Positions 1 to 10,983 of a stretch of 64,000 nucleotides of DNA are shown here, piece after piece; the first letter of the stretch is position 1; the number at the start of each line of letters is the position of its first letter. The stretch spans positions 512,001 through 576,000 of the forward strand of contig CAVWVI010000004.1 of assembly GCA_963758495.1 (NCBI GenBank). Reading direction: 5' to 3'. Position numbers and translations under genes: made by a program. Source of the DNA: Oligoflexia bacterium (GTDB lineage Bacteria; Bdellovibrionota; UBA1018). The notes beneath the pieces are model-generated. The model did no database searches and was not told the origin of the DNA. It worked only from the letters and a program-made list of their open reading frames with translations.

Positions 1-80
1 ACTTTAGAATAATTTGTCAGCTTTTCTACACACCCCAAAGCACTATTCAGGATTGGCATTCACTCCTCACGCAAATCACG

Positions 81-563
81 ATGAGAATTCATCATAGCTG
101 GGAAATAGAACTACTTGCTCAAGAAACTAAATTTAAAATTCAGGAAAGGCAATACAAAACAGCACTAAAAACTGCTGAACAAGCATTAAAGTTAGATCAA
201 AATAATTCCGAATCCCATATTACGATCGGCGAAATTCTGGAGCACCTCAATCAACAGGACAAAGCAGCACTTCACTATCAAAAGGCCATTCAACTCAATC
301 CTACTTTACCACGTCCGTATATTAAACTTTTTAAGCTTTGCTCTCATTCAAAAGCTTTTCATGACAAACCCCAAGATATCTTCGAAATAATCACGATGGG
401 TGTGCAGTTCTGTCCACAGAATTTGGATTTTCTCTTTTTCGCAGCAACAGAATTATTTAAACTTGGAAATAAAAGAACCTCTAAAGATCTTTTAGAGATC
501 ATTCTTAATATAGAGCCTCAACATTCAAGTGCCAAGATACTATTGAAACAAATCCAATGTTAA
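81..563 (+). CDS. TPR-repeat protein
   Basis: TPR-like helices (ALKLDQNNSESHITIGEIL; YQKAIQLNPTLPRPY); overlaps the start of the next gene. Confidence 0.75.
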   Translation: MRIHHSWEIELLAQETKFKIQERQYKTALKTAEQALKLDQNNSESHITIGEILEHLNQQDKAALHYQKAIQLNPTLPRPYIKLFKLCSHSKAFHDKPQDIFEIITMGVQFCPQNLDFLFFAATELFKLGNKRTSKDLLEIILNIEPQHSSAKILLKQIQC

Positions 564-2341
564 ATTTTTTCTTACCCATCATAACGCTTTTTTTACTGAT
601 TTTTGTAATCGACCTCTTCTTTCGTAACAGCAGAGACTTACTCTATCGTACAAATATTTTATCAGGAAAAATTCCTCTTAACGAGCAACAGCTATTGGAA
701 GTCGTTCAAAAATACGGAAACAATAGCAATTCCTTCATGACGCTTTACCCTGGCTTTGATTACTTTAAATCAAAAGATCCAACTATTCCTGGAGCTATAG
801 CATTTTTAGAAATGTCGTACGCTTGGATCGGTGGGACCGAACCTCTCACTTCTCCAGAATGTGAAAATAGGCTCCTCACTGAATTCGCCGAAGCTGCTGC
901 GAAAGTAGGAAAAACTGCTGTTTTATTGCCTGTGAATCAAGAAGTCGCCAAAAGAGCTTCAAAAGCAGGATATGGCAGCTTAATGATTGGACGTGAACCT
1001 GTCTTTGATTTATCTTTTTATCCCAAAACTGGAAACACTTGGATTGATATCATACCGACAGCTAAGCAACTTGATGCAAAAGGTGCAAGAATTATTGAAA
1101 TTTCTCCCACTCAATGCTCCCAGCAAATCAAACATGAACTCGATGCGATCACAACCGAATGGTTATCTACTAGAAAAATGGATCCATTAGGCTTTTTAAA
1201 TAAAGTAGAACCTTGGACCCTTTCTGAACATAAAAAGTATTTTTACCTTGAGCTTTCAGGAAAAATACTAGCATTTTTAGCAGCAATCCCCATTTGGCCA
1301 CGACGTGGCTGGTATCTTATTGATTTAGTGCGAAAAAAAGACACTCCCGCAGGAACTACTGAGTTACTCACCCTTCGAAGTATGCAGCTTCTAAAAAATG
1401 CAGGTGCCCAAGAGGTTACTCTAGGTGTCTCACCTCTTGCTCAACTGGACTCTGACCCTTCAAACCCAAAACTATCAGCATTTCTTCGTATGATGTACGA
1501 AAAAGGAAATCTATTTTATAATTTCAAATCTCTTTATCAATACAAACTCAAGTTTGATCCCACAAGATGCGATGCTGCTTATCTTATATTTAAAAATATA
1601 GAAACACAGCAGACTCACCTTCGACTCAAGGATGTCCTCAGCATATTTCAAGCTTTCTCTCGAAAGGGACTGATGCATGCAACGTGGTCAGGGCTCACTC
1701 GTTCCGTAAAACAAACCCATCTTTCTGAATTAATCAGAAATCAGTTAAAATTGGCAGTAGTCGTGCGTTCAGTTCCAAGATCTTGGCGCCTTCTCCTTTT
1801 GCGTTGTAAATTTACTGTGTCCATATTGGTTTTCAATTTAGTTCTGTTTTTTGCCACGACAGAATCTTCTGGATTACTGAAATCAAGCATTGAAGCCCAA
1901 TGGGGTTACCGATGGGATACTCTTCATCAATCCCCCGTCCACGCACTCGCACTTTCTCCTTTTCTTCATTGGAATTTAACTCATTTAAATATCAATTTAA
2001 TCCTACTCATTTGTTTCACTGGAGGATTAGAATATCTTGCAGGCACAGGCTTTGTGGCCCTGTGTTACCTGATTCCCATGATCCTTTCAAACCCTCTCAC
2101 CTCATTATGCCTGGGTGCAATGAATTTTCCGCTGACAGAGCTTGATGTGGGGGCGTCTTTAGGAATTTTTGGCTGTGTCGGCGCTCTGAATGGGTTTTTG
2201 CGACATGGAATCATCTTGAGCGCTAGCCTATGCGGCATCACCTTGATTCAAGCACTGGTGACGCATAATGGACTTGTTTTGAATCATTGGACGGCTCTCT
2301 TTCTTGGAACCTTAATTGGAAGACTTGCACTCAAAAAGTAA
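557..2341 (+). CDS. DUF2156 (MprF/LPG-synthase C-terminal, aminoacyl-tRNA-dependent transferase) domain fused to a C-terminal rhomboid-like membrane domain
   Basis: MprF-C motifs WYLIDLVRKKDTPAGTTE, LGVSPLA, FYNFKSLYQYKLKFDP; C-terminal TM region with SPFLHWNLTHL, VGASLG and a late His (NHW). Confidence 0.75.
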   Translation: MLNFFLPIITLFLLIFVIDLFFRNSRDLLYRTNILSGKIPLNEQQLLEVVQKYGNNSNSFMTLYPGFDYFKSKDPTIPGAIAFLEMSYAWIGGTEPLTSPECENRLLTEFAEAAAKVGKTAVLLPVNQEVAKRASKAGYGSLMIGREPVFDLSFYPKTGNTWIDIIPTAKQLDAKGARIIEISPTQCSQQIKHELDAITTEWLSTRKMDPLGFLNKVEPWTLSEHKKYFYLELSGKILAFLAAIPIWPRRGWYLIDLVRKKDTPAGTTELLTLRSMQLLKNAGAQEVTLGVSPLAQLDSDPSNPKLSAFLRMMYEKGNLFYNFKSLYQYKLKFDPTRCDAAYLIFKNIETQQTHLRLKDVLSIFQAFSRKGLMHATWSGLTRSVKQTHLSELIRNQLKLAVVVRSVPRSWRLLLLRCKFTVSILVFNLVLFFATTESSGLLKSSIEAQWGYRWDTLHQSPVHALALSPFLHWNLTHLNINLILLICFTGGLEYLAGTGFVALCYLIPMILSNPLTSLCLGAMNFPLTELDVGASLGIFGCVGALNGFLRHGIILSASLCGITLIQALVTHNGLVLNHWTALFLGTLIGRLALKK

Positions 2342-4160
2342 ACTCAATAAAAACCATGGGCCAAACGGTTAAAGAATGCCCAGTACCCTGAAGCTCCGCT
2401 TCATTCATCCGATACGCTGCCCATTGCTCTTGTAGCCATATACCTACCGTCAAAGTATCATTTAAAGGATGCGAAAATTCTAGATTTCCGCTTTGTGCAT
2501 ATCGGTAGGAAAGCCCTGTGTTTTGGTAGAGCCCCCCCACGCTTAAGCTTGCTAAATAACTTCCAAAAAACCTTTTGTGAATTCCTCCTTCTAGATAAGG
2601 TCCAAAAAATCCAAAGTTGTTAAAACCAAATTGGCTCGTAGGTTCTTCAATCACACGACCTAGATAGGAAACTCGCACACCCGCATTTAAAGTGAAATAG
2701 AATTTAGGCTGAAAAAACCTACGTACTATACCGATCAGAATTTGAGTCTCATGAGCAACCAATCTCACTTGATTCGGAACATGAGTTTCAAAATCCCCTG
2801 GTTCAACATAATTTTTATTAACGCTGATCAGTGATTCAATTGAGTAATGTGGATTGAGCCAATAATCATACTGGACTTGACCTTGAGTGAAAGTAGAAGT
2901 TTTTAAGATAACGCTAGCCGGAGAATTTGAGTCATTACCTGAAAAATAATAATTTGTATACTCACTCCCATAAAAAAGTCGAAGAGCATTCTGATGTTTT
3001 GAGTATTCATCGAACATCAGATAAGTTTCATAGGTCTCTTCAGCTCCAGTACGATTTCGCGCGGCCTGAATTTCCAAAGGCATAAACTCACTATAGGGTC
3101 CACGCTCACCTGCCGTATCGACCGCTGCCACACGCCAATAATAGAAACCAGCCGTATCGGTCTTCCAAACATACTTGATGTTGGAAACAGACCTTTCTTG
3201 AATCAAATGTTTAAATTCAGAATCTGTTGAAATTTGAATGACATAATCACGAGCGCCTAAAACAGATTTCCATTCCAACTCTACCGAGTATTTACCGCCA
3301 TTCGAACCTTCATCGGCATACGCTTCAGCAATAAATAACTGATTCAGAGTTTGCATCCATTTTCTATCGACTCTTCTTTGTTGGGCTCCTTCATTCGGAT
3401 AATGAATGACAGGTCGTTTTAAAATAGGTGGATCAATACTTTGAAGAATCACTTCGTTATTCTGAATCATTTGAATATTTACTTTCGGTCTCAAAAGCTC
3501 AGGAGGTTGAATCAAATGATGAACGATAACAGGAGGCGTCGGGCTACTTAAAATTTTATGATTTCCAGGAGTTTGAAATACGAGTCCAAGCTCTACAGAT
3601 GCCAAGCTCGAATCGGTAATTTCCACATCTCCTTGATTGATATCAATGATGGGCTCCCCTTGAACTGAGCTCTTAATTTTAAAACTTGCAGAACCGGTAC
3701 TCACTACTTTTTTACTACCCACTTGGATCTCAAGAGAAGCTCGATTTTCCCCTTGCTTATTTAAATCTTGCTGCACTGTCCCCTTCACTAAAGTCAAAAT
3801 AAATGCCCGACTATTCAACGATGGCGTCTTTCGCAGCATCACTACCGAATCAGGACCGAGGCTTACCGATTGACCATCTATAAACTTCAAGGTGACGGCG
3901 GATGAAGCTCCCGTCATAATTTCGTCTCCCTCAAATAAGCTCATTCCTTCCTTAATTTGCTTCCAATAGAGCTGATGCCTCGAATGACTCTTCGCTGTTC
4001 GAGACACTGATTGGACTTGAGCAATACGAACTGCTTGAGAATGCCTATCGGTAGGTTTCCACAAAAAATGGAAATTAGAAAATAGCATCCACACTTCAAT
4101 TACCAATGCAAATAAGATGAGTACTACCCATTTACGCTCTACATAATTCAAAAACTTCAC
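2331..4160 (-). CDS. FecR-domain protein with FN3-like domain and C-terminal beta-barrel-like region
   Basis: N-terminal TM; FecR-like LFEGDEIMTGASSAVTLKFIDGQSVSLGPDS; FN3-like YYWRVAAVD; terminal Phe. Confidence 0.65.
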   Translation of the reverse strand: MKFLNYVERKWVVLILFALVIEVWMLFSNFHFLWKPTDRHSQAVRIAQVQSVSRTAKSHSRHQLYWKQIKEGMSLFEGDEIMTGASSAVTLKFIDGQSVSLGPDSVVMLRKTPSLNSRAFILTLVKGTVQQDLNKQGENRASLEIQVGSKKVVSTGSASFKIKSSVQGEPIIDINQGDVEITDSSLASVELGLVFQTPGNHKILSSPTPPVIVHHLIQPPELLRPKVNIQMIQNNEVILQSIDPPILKRPVIHYPNEGAQQRRVDRKWMQTLNQLFIAEAYADEGSNGGKYSVELEWKSVLGARDYVIQISTDSEFKHLIQERSVSNIKYVWKTDTAGFYYWRVAAVDTAGERGPYSEFMPLEIQAARNRTGAEETYETYLMFDEYSKHQNALRLFYGSEYTNYYFSGNDSNSPASVILKTSTFTQGQVQYDYWLNPHYSIESLISVNKNYVEPGDFETHVPNQVRLVAHETQILIGIVRRFFQPKFYFTLNAGVRVSYLGRVIEEPTSQFGFNNFGFFGPYLEGGIHKRFFGSYLASLSVGGLYQNTGLSYRYAQSGNLEFSHPLNDTLTVGIWLQEQWAAYRMNEAELQGTGHSLTVWPMVFIEFTF

Positions 4161-4242
4161 GTATACTCGACTCCCCCCCTTAATGCAGGTAATATACTAT
4201 TAAAGTTTCAATAATTTTAAACTTATTCAAGAGTATAACTGC

Positions 4243-6342
4243 ATGAGATGGTCATTACGGACAAAAATATTAATCATTCTTTCGACTCTTTTATTAATTG
4301 TAGTCACAGCACACCTTATTTTATCTGAAAAAATACTCCGTGAAGATAAAGAATTACTTATTTATGATAGTAATCGATCCAATACTGAGCAACTTGCAAA
4401 CGAACTCGACAATTCAATGCATCGAGTTATCGACAAAATGGAGCTTCTTGCGGAGCTAGTTCTCAATAATTCAAACTTATCTAAAAGCAATGGCAAAGTG
4501 CTTGCTGAGCTTTTCATCGAAAAGGATCCAGATCTACTTGTCTTTCAAATCATCCAACCTAAAAAAAGCCACACCCCCATACAAGGGGAGCTTTTATCCA
4601 AAAAGAAAATCCAAGCAATCAAATTAAGCTTATCGCAAATTCATAATAATCATATTTTACCCATTTCATTTGATTCTTCTCAAAGTGAAATTTCAATAGA
4701 AAATCGCTCTATTGCAAACACCATTCTTTATTTAATTCGAGTACCGGTTCAGATCAATGGAACCAAGAAGCAAGAACCCATTTTTGCACAAGCCTTAATC
4801 GATGGCCGCTCCTTGGAACTGATTTTTCGTGAAAGTCAGTCGTTAGCAGTAAATTTTGCAGTCACCCACACTGGACAAATTTTCACACACCCAAACCTCG
4901 ACTGGGTGACCTCAAGAAAGAATTTAAATAATCTAGAAATCGTAAAAAAGGCCCAACTTCAACAATTCACGATGCAGCAGATGGTCTTTGATTTTGAGAA
5001 AAAAAGCTATATGGGAGTTTACCAAAAAACTACCCTGGGGTCTCTAACAGTGATCTCTATGATCGATAAAAGCATCGCTCGAAGAGCAAGTCGTATTCTT
5101 CTTGAAAAGACTATGATTCTTTCGCTCATTATTGTCACTGTCGTATTATTGATCAGTTTATTTTTTGCGGGATCTTTAAGCACCCCTCTCTTGAGTCTCG
5201 TGGATGCTACAAAGCAAATTTCTTTAGGCAATTTCGACACTCCGATTGACGTTCATACTCAGGACGAGATTGGAGTCCTCGCTCTCGCATTTTCAAAAAT
5301 GACAAAAGAACTTAAGTCCTCACGATTGCTACTCGAAGAATATAATCGAGATCTCTCTCTTAAAGTTCATGAACGAACCCAAGAACTCGAAAGCAAAAAT
5401 GCTGCAATTCGTCAACAGCATGAAGTCCTGATTCAATCGACTCATTTAGCTACCCTGGGAGAAATTGCTGGAAAAGCTGCACATGAAGTTCTCAACCCCC
5501 TTACGGCTATGATTTCCAACCTCGAAAAGTTATTGAACTATACAAAGCAACTGAGTCAATCACCCTCTACTTCGCTTTCATTATTTAAAACCATCTTAGA
5601 TAGCTGGAGAGAAGCTTATCATTTAGGAGGTCTTCAAGCTTGGTTGGAGAATGTCAAACAGCCCAGCCGCATACTCCCAGGAAAATCCCTCCTTGAAGAG
5701 GATATCGAAAACTTAAATTTAATCTTAGGGCAGTTCAGTAGTTTTACTCAAAAATCCAATTCGGACTTACAACTGATTCTAAGCGAATCTCACCGAATCT
5801 CCAGAATCGTGGATCAATTGAGAGGACTGAGCCGAACTACCCGATTGACCTCACCTATAGATATCAATACGATTATTACTGATAGCATTCAAGTTACTGA
5901 AGATCTGCTCGCCCGTTATAAAATCAAAATCGAAACTCGACTCGATGAGTCACCTCTTTATATTGTAGCTAATGACGATGAAATGAGACAAATTTTCTTT
6001 AATCTCATTAAAAACTCTATGGATGCCATTCATGCTTCAAACTCTCATTCCGGTGGAAGAATTCAAATCACCACCCAAGCATTAAAAGAACAAGTCAAAC
6101 TGAACTTTTGGGATAATGGTATTGGGATTCCTTTAAAAAACCGGGATAAGATTTTTGAGTCCGACTTTAGCACTAAAGGAGCCTATGGGACGGGATTCGG
6201 TTTAGGCATCTGTCGCCGTTTTGCACGTGCAGCTGGAGGAGAAATTATCGTGAAAGCAAGCGAGCCAGGAAAATTTACGGAATTTGAACTTACTTTTCCT
6301 CGTGGATACCCACCTAACTCTCTTGAACCAGAAAAGAAATAA
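4243..6342 (+). CDS. Membrane sensor histidine kinase (Cache-like, HAMP, HisKA, HATPase)
   Basis: Two TMs, HAMP (DEIGVLALAFSKM), H-box AHEVLNPL, N-box NLIKNSMDA, DNGIG, GTGFGL. Confidence 0.9.
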   Translation: MRWSLRTKILIILSTLLLIVVTAHLILSEKILREDKELLIYDSNRSNTEQLANELDNSMHRVIDKMELLAELVLNNSNLSKSNGKVLAELFIEKDPDLLVFQIIQPKKSHTPIQGELLSKKKIQAIKLSLSQIHNNHILPISFDSSQSEISIENRSIANTILYLIRVPVQINGTKKQEPIFAQALIDGRSLELIFRESQSLAVNFAVTHTGQIFTHPNLDWVTSRKNLNNLEIVKKAQLQQFTMQQMVFDFEKKSYMGVYQKTTLGSLTVISMIDKSIARRASRILLEKTMILSLIIVTVVLLISLFFAGSLSTPLLSLVDATKQISLGNFDTPIDVHTQDEIGVLALAFSKMTKELKSSRLLLEEYNRDLSLKVHERTQELESKNAAIRQQHEVLIQSTHLATLGEIAGKAAHEVLNPLTAMISNLEKLLNYTKQLSQSPSTSLSLFKTILDSWREAYHLGGLQAWLENVKQPSRILPGKSLLEEDIENLNLILGQFSSFTQKSNSDLQLILSESHRISRIVDQLRGLSRTTRLTSPIDINTIITDSIQVTEDLLARYKIKIETRLDESPLYIVANDDEMRQIFFNLIKNSMDAIHASNSHSGGRIQITTQALKEQVKLNFWDNGIGIPLKNRDKIFESDFSTKGAYGTGFGLGICRRFARAAGGEIIVKASEPGKFTEFELTFPRGYPPNSLEPEKK

Positions 6343-6365
6343 GTGACCAGGAGAAGAAATTAGCT

Positions 6366-7628
6366 ATGCCGACAGTTACGCGTCATCATCATAATAACCT
6401 TCTAAACAACATATTCAATAATCGCATTCTGATAGTCGAAGATGAGCCTAATATTCGAGAGGGGTATCGAAGTATCTTAACACCTACCCAAATTCCAGAA
6501 CTCAGTAGTTCCCGCATTTCTTCCCCAGCTCTCTCCCCTAATCCCGTGCAACACTCCCCCTCTACTTTAAGCTTTGAGATCGTAGAAGCAGAGAGTGGAG
6601 AAAATGCCTTAAAAACTCTTTTGACAGATCTGCAAGAAGGGCGTCGCTTTGCAGGAGCCATTGTCGATGTAAGAATGCCTGGAAAGTTAGATGGACTCCA
6701 ATTTATTCAAGAAGCCTGGAAAAATGATCCAGACCTCATCGTGGTGGTGGCCACCGCCTACCAAGATCGCTCTGTCGACGAAATCCATAGACTCTTCACC
6801 GAATCCTTTCAAGACCAGTGGGATTATCTGAATAAACCTTTTACTGCCGGGGAGATTACTCAAAAAGCGAGGAATCTCGTCTCCACTTGGAATCGGAGGT
6901 ATCGAGAAAAGGAATATTTGAGACAAATTAAAGAACAGCAACAAGCTTTAATAGGTCAAGAAAAACTAGCTGCTGTAGGAAGACTCGCAAGAAGCGTGGG
7001 CCATGAATTTGGAAATATTTTACAACCGCTCATATCCACTCTTGAGCTTACTAAAGAACAAGTGAAATTAGGGGAATTGAATTCAATTGAATCATTCGTG
7101 GATGAAATGCTTGAAATAGCTAGCCTGGGTGCAAATATTTGTCAGGATTTACTTACATTTTCCGACGAAAATCTAAACCCAAAAACTCAATTAAATAAGG
7201 TTCTCATTGAACCGATCATCGAAACTTCCACTCGACTCTTAAGACATGAGATCAAAAAGCATGATATCCATATTACCACTCTCATCGAAAAAAACCTTCA
7301 AGGTCTTATAGATGAATCTCGCTTGATCCAAATATTAGTGAACTTATTAAAAAATGCTTTAGATGCACTCCCCGATGGTGGAATCATAGAAATTCGTGGT
7401 TACTCAACTCCTCAAAATGCAGTCTTGGAAATTAAAGATTACGGTTGTGGCATATCTGACACAGATTTACCCAAACTTTTCCAGCCTCTATTTTCCACAA
7501 AAGGCAACTGCGGTAATGGCATCGGATTGATTGCGTGTAAGCAAATCATGGAAGAACACGGTGGTGAAATTTTAATCCAATCCAAGCTTGGCATTGGCAC
7601 TACTGTCATGCTTAAGTTTTCTCTCTAA
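6366..7628 (+). CDS. Hybrid response regulator-histidine kinase
   Basis: Receiver ILIVEDE...DVRMPG...YLNKPF; H-box GHEFGNIL; DYGCG, GNGIGL. Confidence 0.9.
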   Translation: MPTVTRHHHNNLLNNIFNNRILIVEDEPNIREGYRSILTPTQIPELSSSRISSPALSPNPVQHSPSTLSFEIVEAESGENALKTLLTDLQEGRRFAGAIVDVRMPGKLDGLQFIQEAWKNDPDLIVVVATAYQDRSVDEIHRLFTESFQDQWDYLNKPFTAGEITQKARNLVSTWNRRYREKEYLRQIKEQQQALIGQEKLAAVGRLARSVGHEFGNILQPLISTLELTKEQVKLGELNSIESFVDEMLEIASLGANICQDLLTFSDENLNPKTQLNKVLIEPIIETSTRLLRHEIKKHDIHITTLIEKNLQGLIDESRLIQILVNLLKNALDALPDGGIIEIRGYSTPQNAVLEIKDYGCGISDTDLPKLFQPLFSTKGNCGNGIGLIACKQIMEEHGGEILIQSKLGIGTTVMLKFSL

Positions 7629-8090
7629 AATCAAAAAGCTATAAGAAAACTGCCCGGTGTGGTCTTCTCGACTGATTTCACGAAATTCACTTAATTTAAA
7701 ATCGGGAAAGAACGTATCCCCATCCATATCTTGATGAATTAAAGTCAGATAAAGCCGCTCAATACGAGGAAACGCTAATCGATAAATTTCCGAGCCACCT
7801 ATGATAAATAGTTCTTCTTCTTTATGCTGATAATAGTCTATCGCTTGTTCAAGGGATTGAACTACACGAGCTCCTTGAACATGATAACCCGCTTGCCGCG
7901 AAATAATCACATTCTCACGATGAGGTAATACTCGGCCAATGGATTCAAATGTCTTTCTTCCCATCACGATAGGATGCCCTGAAGTGATCTCGCGGAATTT
8001 TTTTAAATCTTCGGGTAACTTCCAAGGTAGCTGGTTTTTGTTTCCAATCACTCGATTTTGTGACATCGCAACAATAGCTGAAAGCCTCAT
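7572..8090 (-). CDS. folA: Dihydrofolate reductase
   Basis: VIGNKNQLPWKLPEDL, MGRKTFESIGRVLPHR, IIGGSEIY, GDTFFP. Confidence 0.97.
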   Translation of the reverse strand: MRLSAIVAMSQNRVIGNKNQLPWKLPEDLKKFREITSGHPIVMGRKTFESIGRVLPHRENVIISRQAGYHVQGARVVQSLEQAIDYYQHKEEELFIIGGSEIYRLAFPRIERLYLTLIHQDMDGDTFFPDFKLSEFREISREDHTGQFSYSFLILERKLKHDSSANAKLGLD

Positions 8091-8102
8091 AAACCATTTT
8101 CC

Positions 8103-9281
8103 TTATACAACGGCTTCGAAAGGGAAAAACTCAATCCCATTTTCTTGGTATGCTTCCGAAAATGGCCCTACTCCAACAAGCCGAATTGAAGTTGATGAAG
8201 GGACCTTTTCACGAAGTTTGTTCAAAATCAAAATATCCGTTTTTCGGACACGAGATTCGTCAAAGATTTTTATCGCGCAAATCTCGGAATCAGTATCAAT
8301 AATAAAGTCAATAGAGCTTCCTCTCTGAGTGGAATAACAATGCATTTTCCACTTCAACTGTCCCAGATTGGTTCTCTGACTCAGTTGCTCATTCAGGAAC
8401 CAAGTTTGAATCACTCGATTTTGGCTCGCGCCTAAAAATCTGGCTAATGCACAGTCATAAATAAAAAATAGACTTTTTCCAAATCCGAGGCGATGAGGGT
8501 CCACTTGATGAATCACAAAAAGTTCCCTCAGCACTTCAAGATGCCTTTTGATTCGACGACTGTCTATTCGAAGAGCTGAGGAAATTTCAGAAATATTAGA
8601 AACGTCCAACCGAGCCACCTGCTCCAATATCTCCCGACCCAGCTCAGGGTCAAACCATTTGGCAAATCGCGCGTCACGAAATAAAATCAGATCCAGTAGA
8701 TCTGACATGGCTTGTTCACGCTCTAGATTTGAACGGATGGAAAATAATCCTGGCAAGCCTCCCTTTTCCAAATAGAGATGAAGATCTTCCCGGCAAACTC
8801 GTGGCTTATTATTTAAAAGGTGAATGCCACGAGCTGGATTCAAGGAGAGAGAAAGGCTCTCTGCAATATTAAATGGAAAGATGCGAACACGAGACAATCT
8901 TCCCGTTAATGATTCGCGAATTCTTGTGAGCCTTGAAAACTCGGTGGACCCAAGTAAGATAAACTTCCCAGGGATTCGATTCTGATCAATATTTAACTTA
9001 AGTGCGTCAAAAAGATCAGGCGATTTTTGTACTTCGTCAATAATCAGGGGTATTGCCCCCGGATATCGCAAAAGAAAATCATCCGGTGAGTGTTGAGCAG
9101 CTAACCGCAAGGCTTTTTCATCTAAACTCAGATAATGGGCCTGATTCAAATTTTTAGGAAGAATCTCTCGACCTATAAAGCTCTTTCCTGTTTGCCTTGC
9201 GCCCTGGATGGCAACGGCAGGTGCGAAAGAAAGCTTTTTTAAAATCAGTTTTATAGCGTGGCGATTTCTGGCATGAGGCAT
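8103..9281 (-). CDS. AAA+ ATPase, AAA_14/DUF4143 type
   Basis: Walker A GARQTGKS, Walker B IIDEVQ, GS..RESLTGR, GGLP, C-terminal PD-(D/E)XK-like IDFII..AIKI. Confidence 0.85.
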   Translation of the reverse strand: MPHARNRHAIKLILKKLSFAPAVAIQGARQTGKSFIGREILPKNLNQAHYLSLDEKALRLAAQHSPDDFLLRYPGAIPLIIDEVQKSPDLFDALKLNIDQNRIPGKFILLGSTEFSRLTRIRESLTGRLSRVRIFPFNIAESLSLSLNPARGIHLLNNKPRVCREDLHLYLEKGGLPGLFSIRSNLEREQAMSDLLDLILFRDARFAKWFDPELGREILEQVARLDVSNISEISSALRIDSRRIKRHLEVLRELFVIHQVDPHRLGFGKSLFFIYDCALARFLGASQNRVIQTWFLNEQLSQRTNLGQLKWKMHCYSTQRGSSIDFIIDTDSEICAIKIFDESRVRKTDILILNKLREKVPSSTSIRLVGVGPFSEAYQENGIEFFPFEAVV

Positions 9282-9288
9282 AGTCTAT

Positions 9289-9346
9289 GGGTTAAACTAT
9301 AGCATTTTCTGCTTTGATATGTCAATAAATGCTATAGCTTTAACCC
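9289..9346 (-). promoter_or_regulatory. Sigma70-like promoter overlapped by an inverted-repeat operator
   Basis: Minus-strand TTGACA (9325-9320), N18, TATAGT; inverted repeat GGGTTAAA-CTATAGCATTT / AAATGCTATAGCTTTAACCC. Confidence 0.6.
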
Positions 9347-9449
9347 TATCAGTTAGAATTGTCGTTTTCCCTTGCTTGGCGAATCCATCAAACAAATTGA
9401 GAATTCTCACTTTGATAGTTACACTCACTGATAGTGAGGATACATTCTT

Positions 9450-10946
9450 ATGTTGTTCGAATGCATGAGTCGATCAAACTGATGCAAGTGGCTCAATGGC
9501 TTAATTGTATTTTGTTTATCCATAATATCAGAACGTGATTTAATCGCCGCGCCTAAGTATGAAACCTTTCACTGCAAAGAAGGATGGAGTCTTTCAACAG
9601 AAGGGCCTCTTGGTAGACCGCTATTTACAACGAAAGGATCTGAATTAGATAAAAATATTGCAATGAGCACAATTAATCAGCTGTGTGCTCCGGGTAAAGA
9701 ATCAGAAACATGTTATTCGAATGCATCCCATCAGATTTTGCAAACTCATTTGTTTGTTTCGACAAGACGTCAACTAGAAGAAAAATTACATCGGGAGCTT
9801 TTACCAGCTGAACTCTCAGAACTTAAAGAGAGCCTGAGGCTCATGCCTCTTTATACTTGGCTTAAAGGTAATAGGGAACATAGGAGCAAACCGTATCCTG
9901 GAGTTAGTTTTGATCATCTACAAAATATCAGAAGAGAACTATCGTTAATGAAAGAATCGGGAATTCCAGGACTAGATTTCCCATCAGGAGTGATACTAGC
10001 TGCACATCTATTTGGATATGACCCCCTGGTTGCTAAGGGAGAAAATCCGTATAATGCCCCGCCTTTTCCAGCGTGTATAGATCGAGCACGTCCGTGGTTT
10101 GGTGAGCACGTTTTAGCGGCGAATCAGGAACACTCTTTTCGAGCAATGTATGATATTTTGGAGTCATATATAAAAGCCAAGCCAGAACTTCGAGCGGAGT
10201 TTCCAGATTATAACGTATATGCTTTTGAGGACAAGTCGCCGGACGGGAACAAGAGGCAATTTGATGAAATTGCCATAAAAGTTCGTAATATTCTTTCTCA
10301 CGACCCACACTATCCTTTGGCATTTGGAGCGGCAGGTCATTACGTTACTATCACTGGAATTCAGGAGTCGTGCTGTAAGCGACATGAAAGTAATGAGTTT
10401 AGTTGTGAAGACCTGTGGCAGGTAAAAAACAGCTATGGAGATGAAAACTCGGGATTATTCTCTTCGCGAGTTCTTGCAGAAAAATTTATGAATTTAGTCT
10501 TTATTAAGCCATGTGGCCAAAACGGCAAAGAAAAGTGCATGCCGGAGATTCAGGAGATATCCAAACCTTTAGAATATCTTTTGGAGATGGAGCACCCTCC
10601 AAGCCTAACAGAAGAAGACTTTGAAAGAATCGGACTTGCTCAATTGGAATCTCCGAATCAGCTCGGTAGTACGGCGATTGAAACTGCCATTGCAAAAGGT
10701 AATTTACAGTTTGCGCAAGTTGCTATCAGATATTTAATTAAGCATAATCTTTTTGAACATTTTATGCGCAGCAAAAGGAAAATTCCAGACTACAGTGTGC
10801 AAAAGGTAGATCTTGCTGGAGAGCCGATCTATCAGTTTAAAGAGACTGAAGAGACTATGGGTAGGTTTATCGAGCGGTCTATTACTACCGAAGTCAACCC
10901 AGAATTAAACAAATTAGTTCGAGAAATTAACGGAAAAACCCCCTAG
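9450..10946 (+). pseudogene. Secreted papain-like (C1) cysteine protease with an ankyrin-like repeat, interrupted by an in-frame TGA at 9480-9482 (intact downstream ORF 9663..10946)
   Basis: GAGGA then ATG 9450 in frame with 9663; signal-peptide-like WLNGLIVFCLSII; triad-like TCYSNA / GHYVTITG / VKNSYG; ankyrin-like NQLGSTAIETAIAKGN. Confidence 0.6.
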
Positions 10947-10983
10947 TAACCAATAAATCAACAAGCCAACTATTTAGTTTCAG

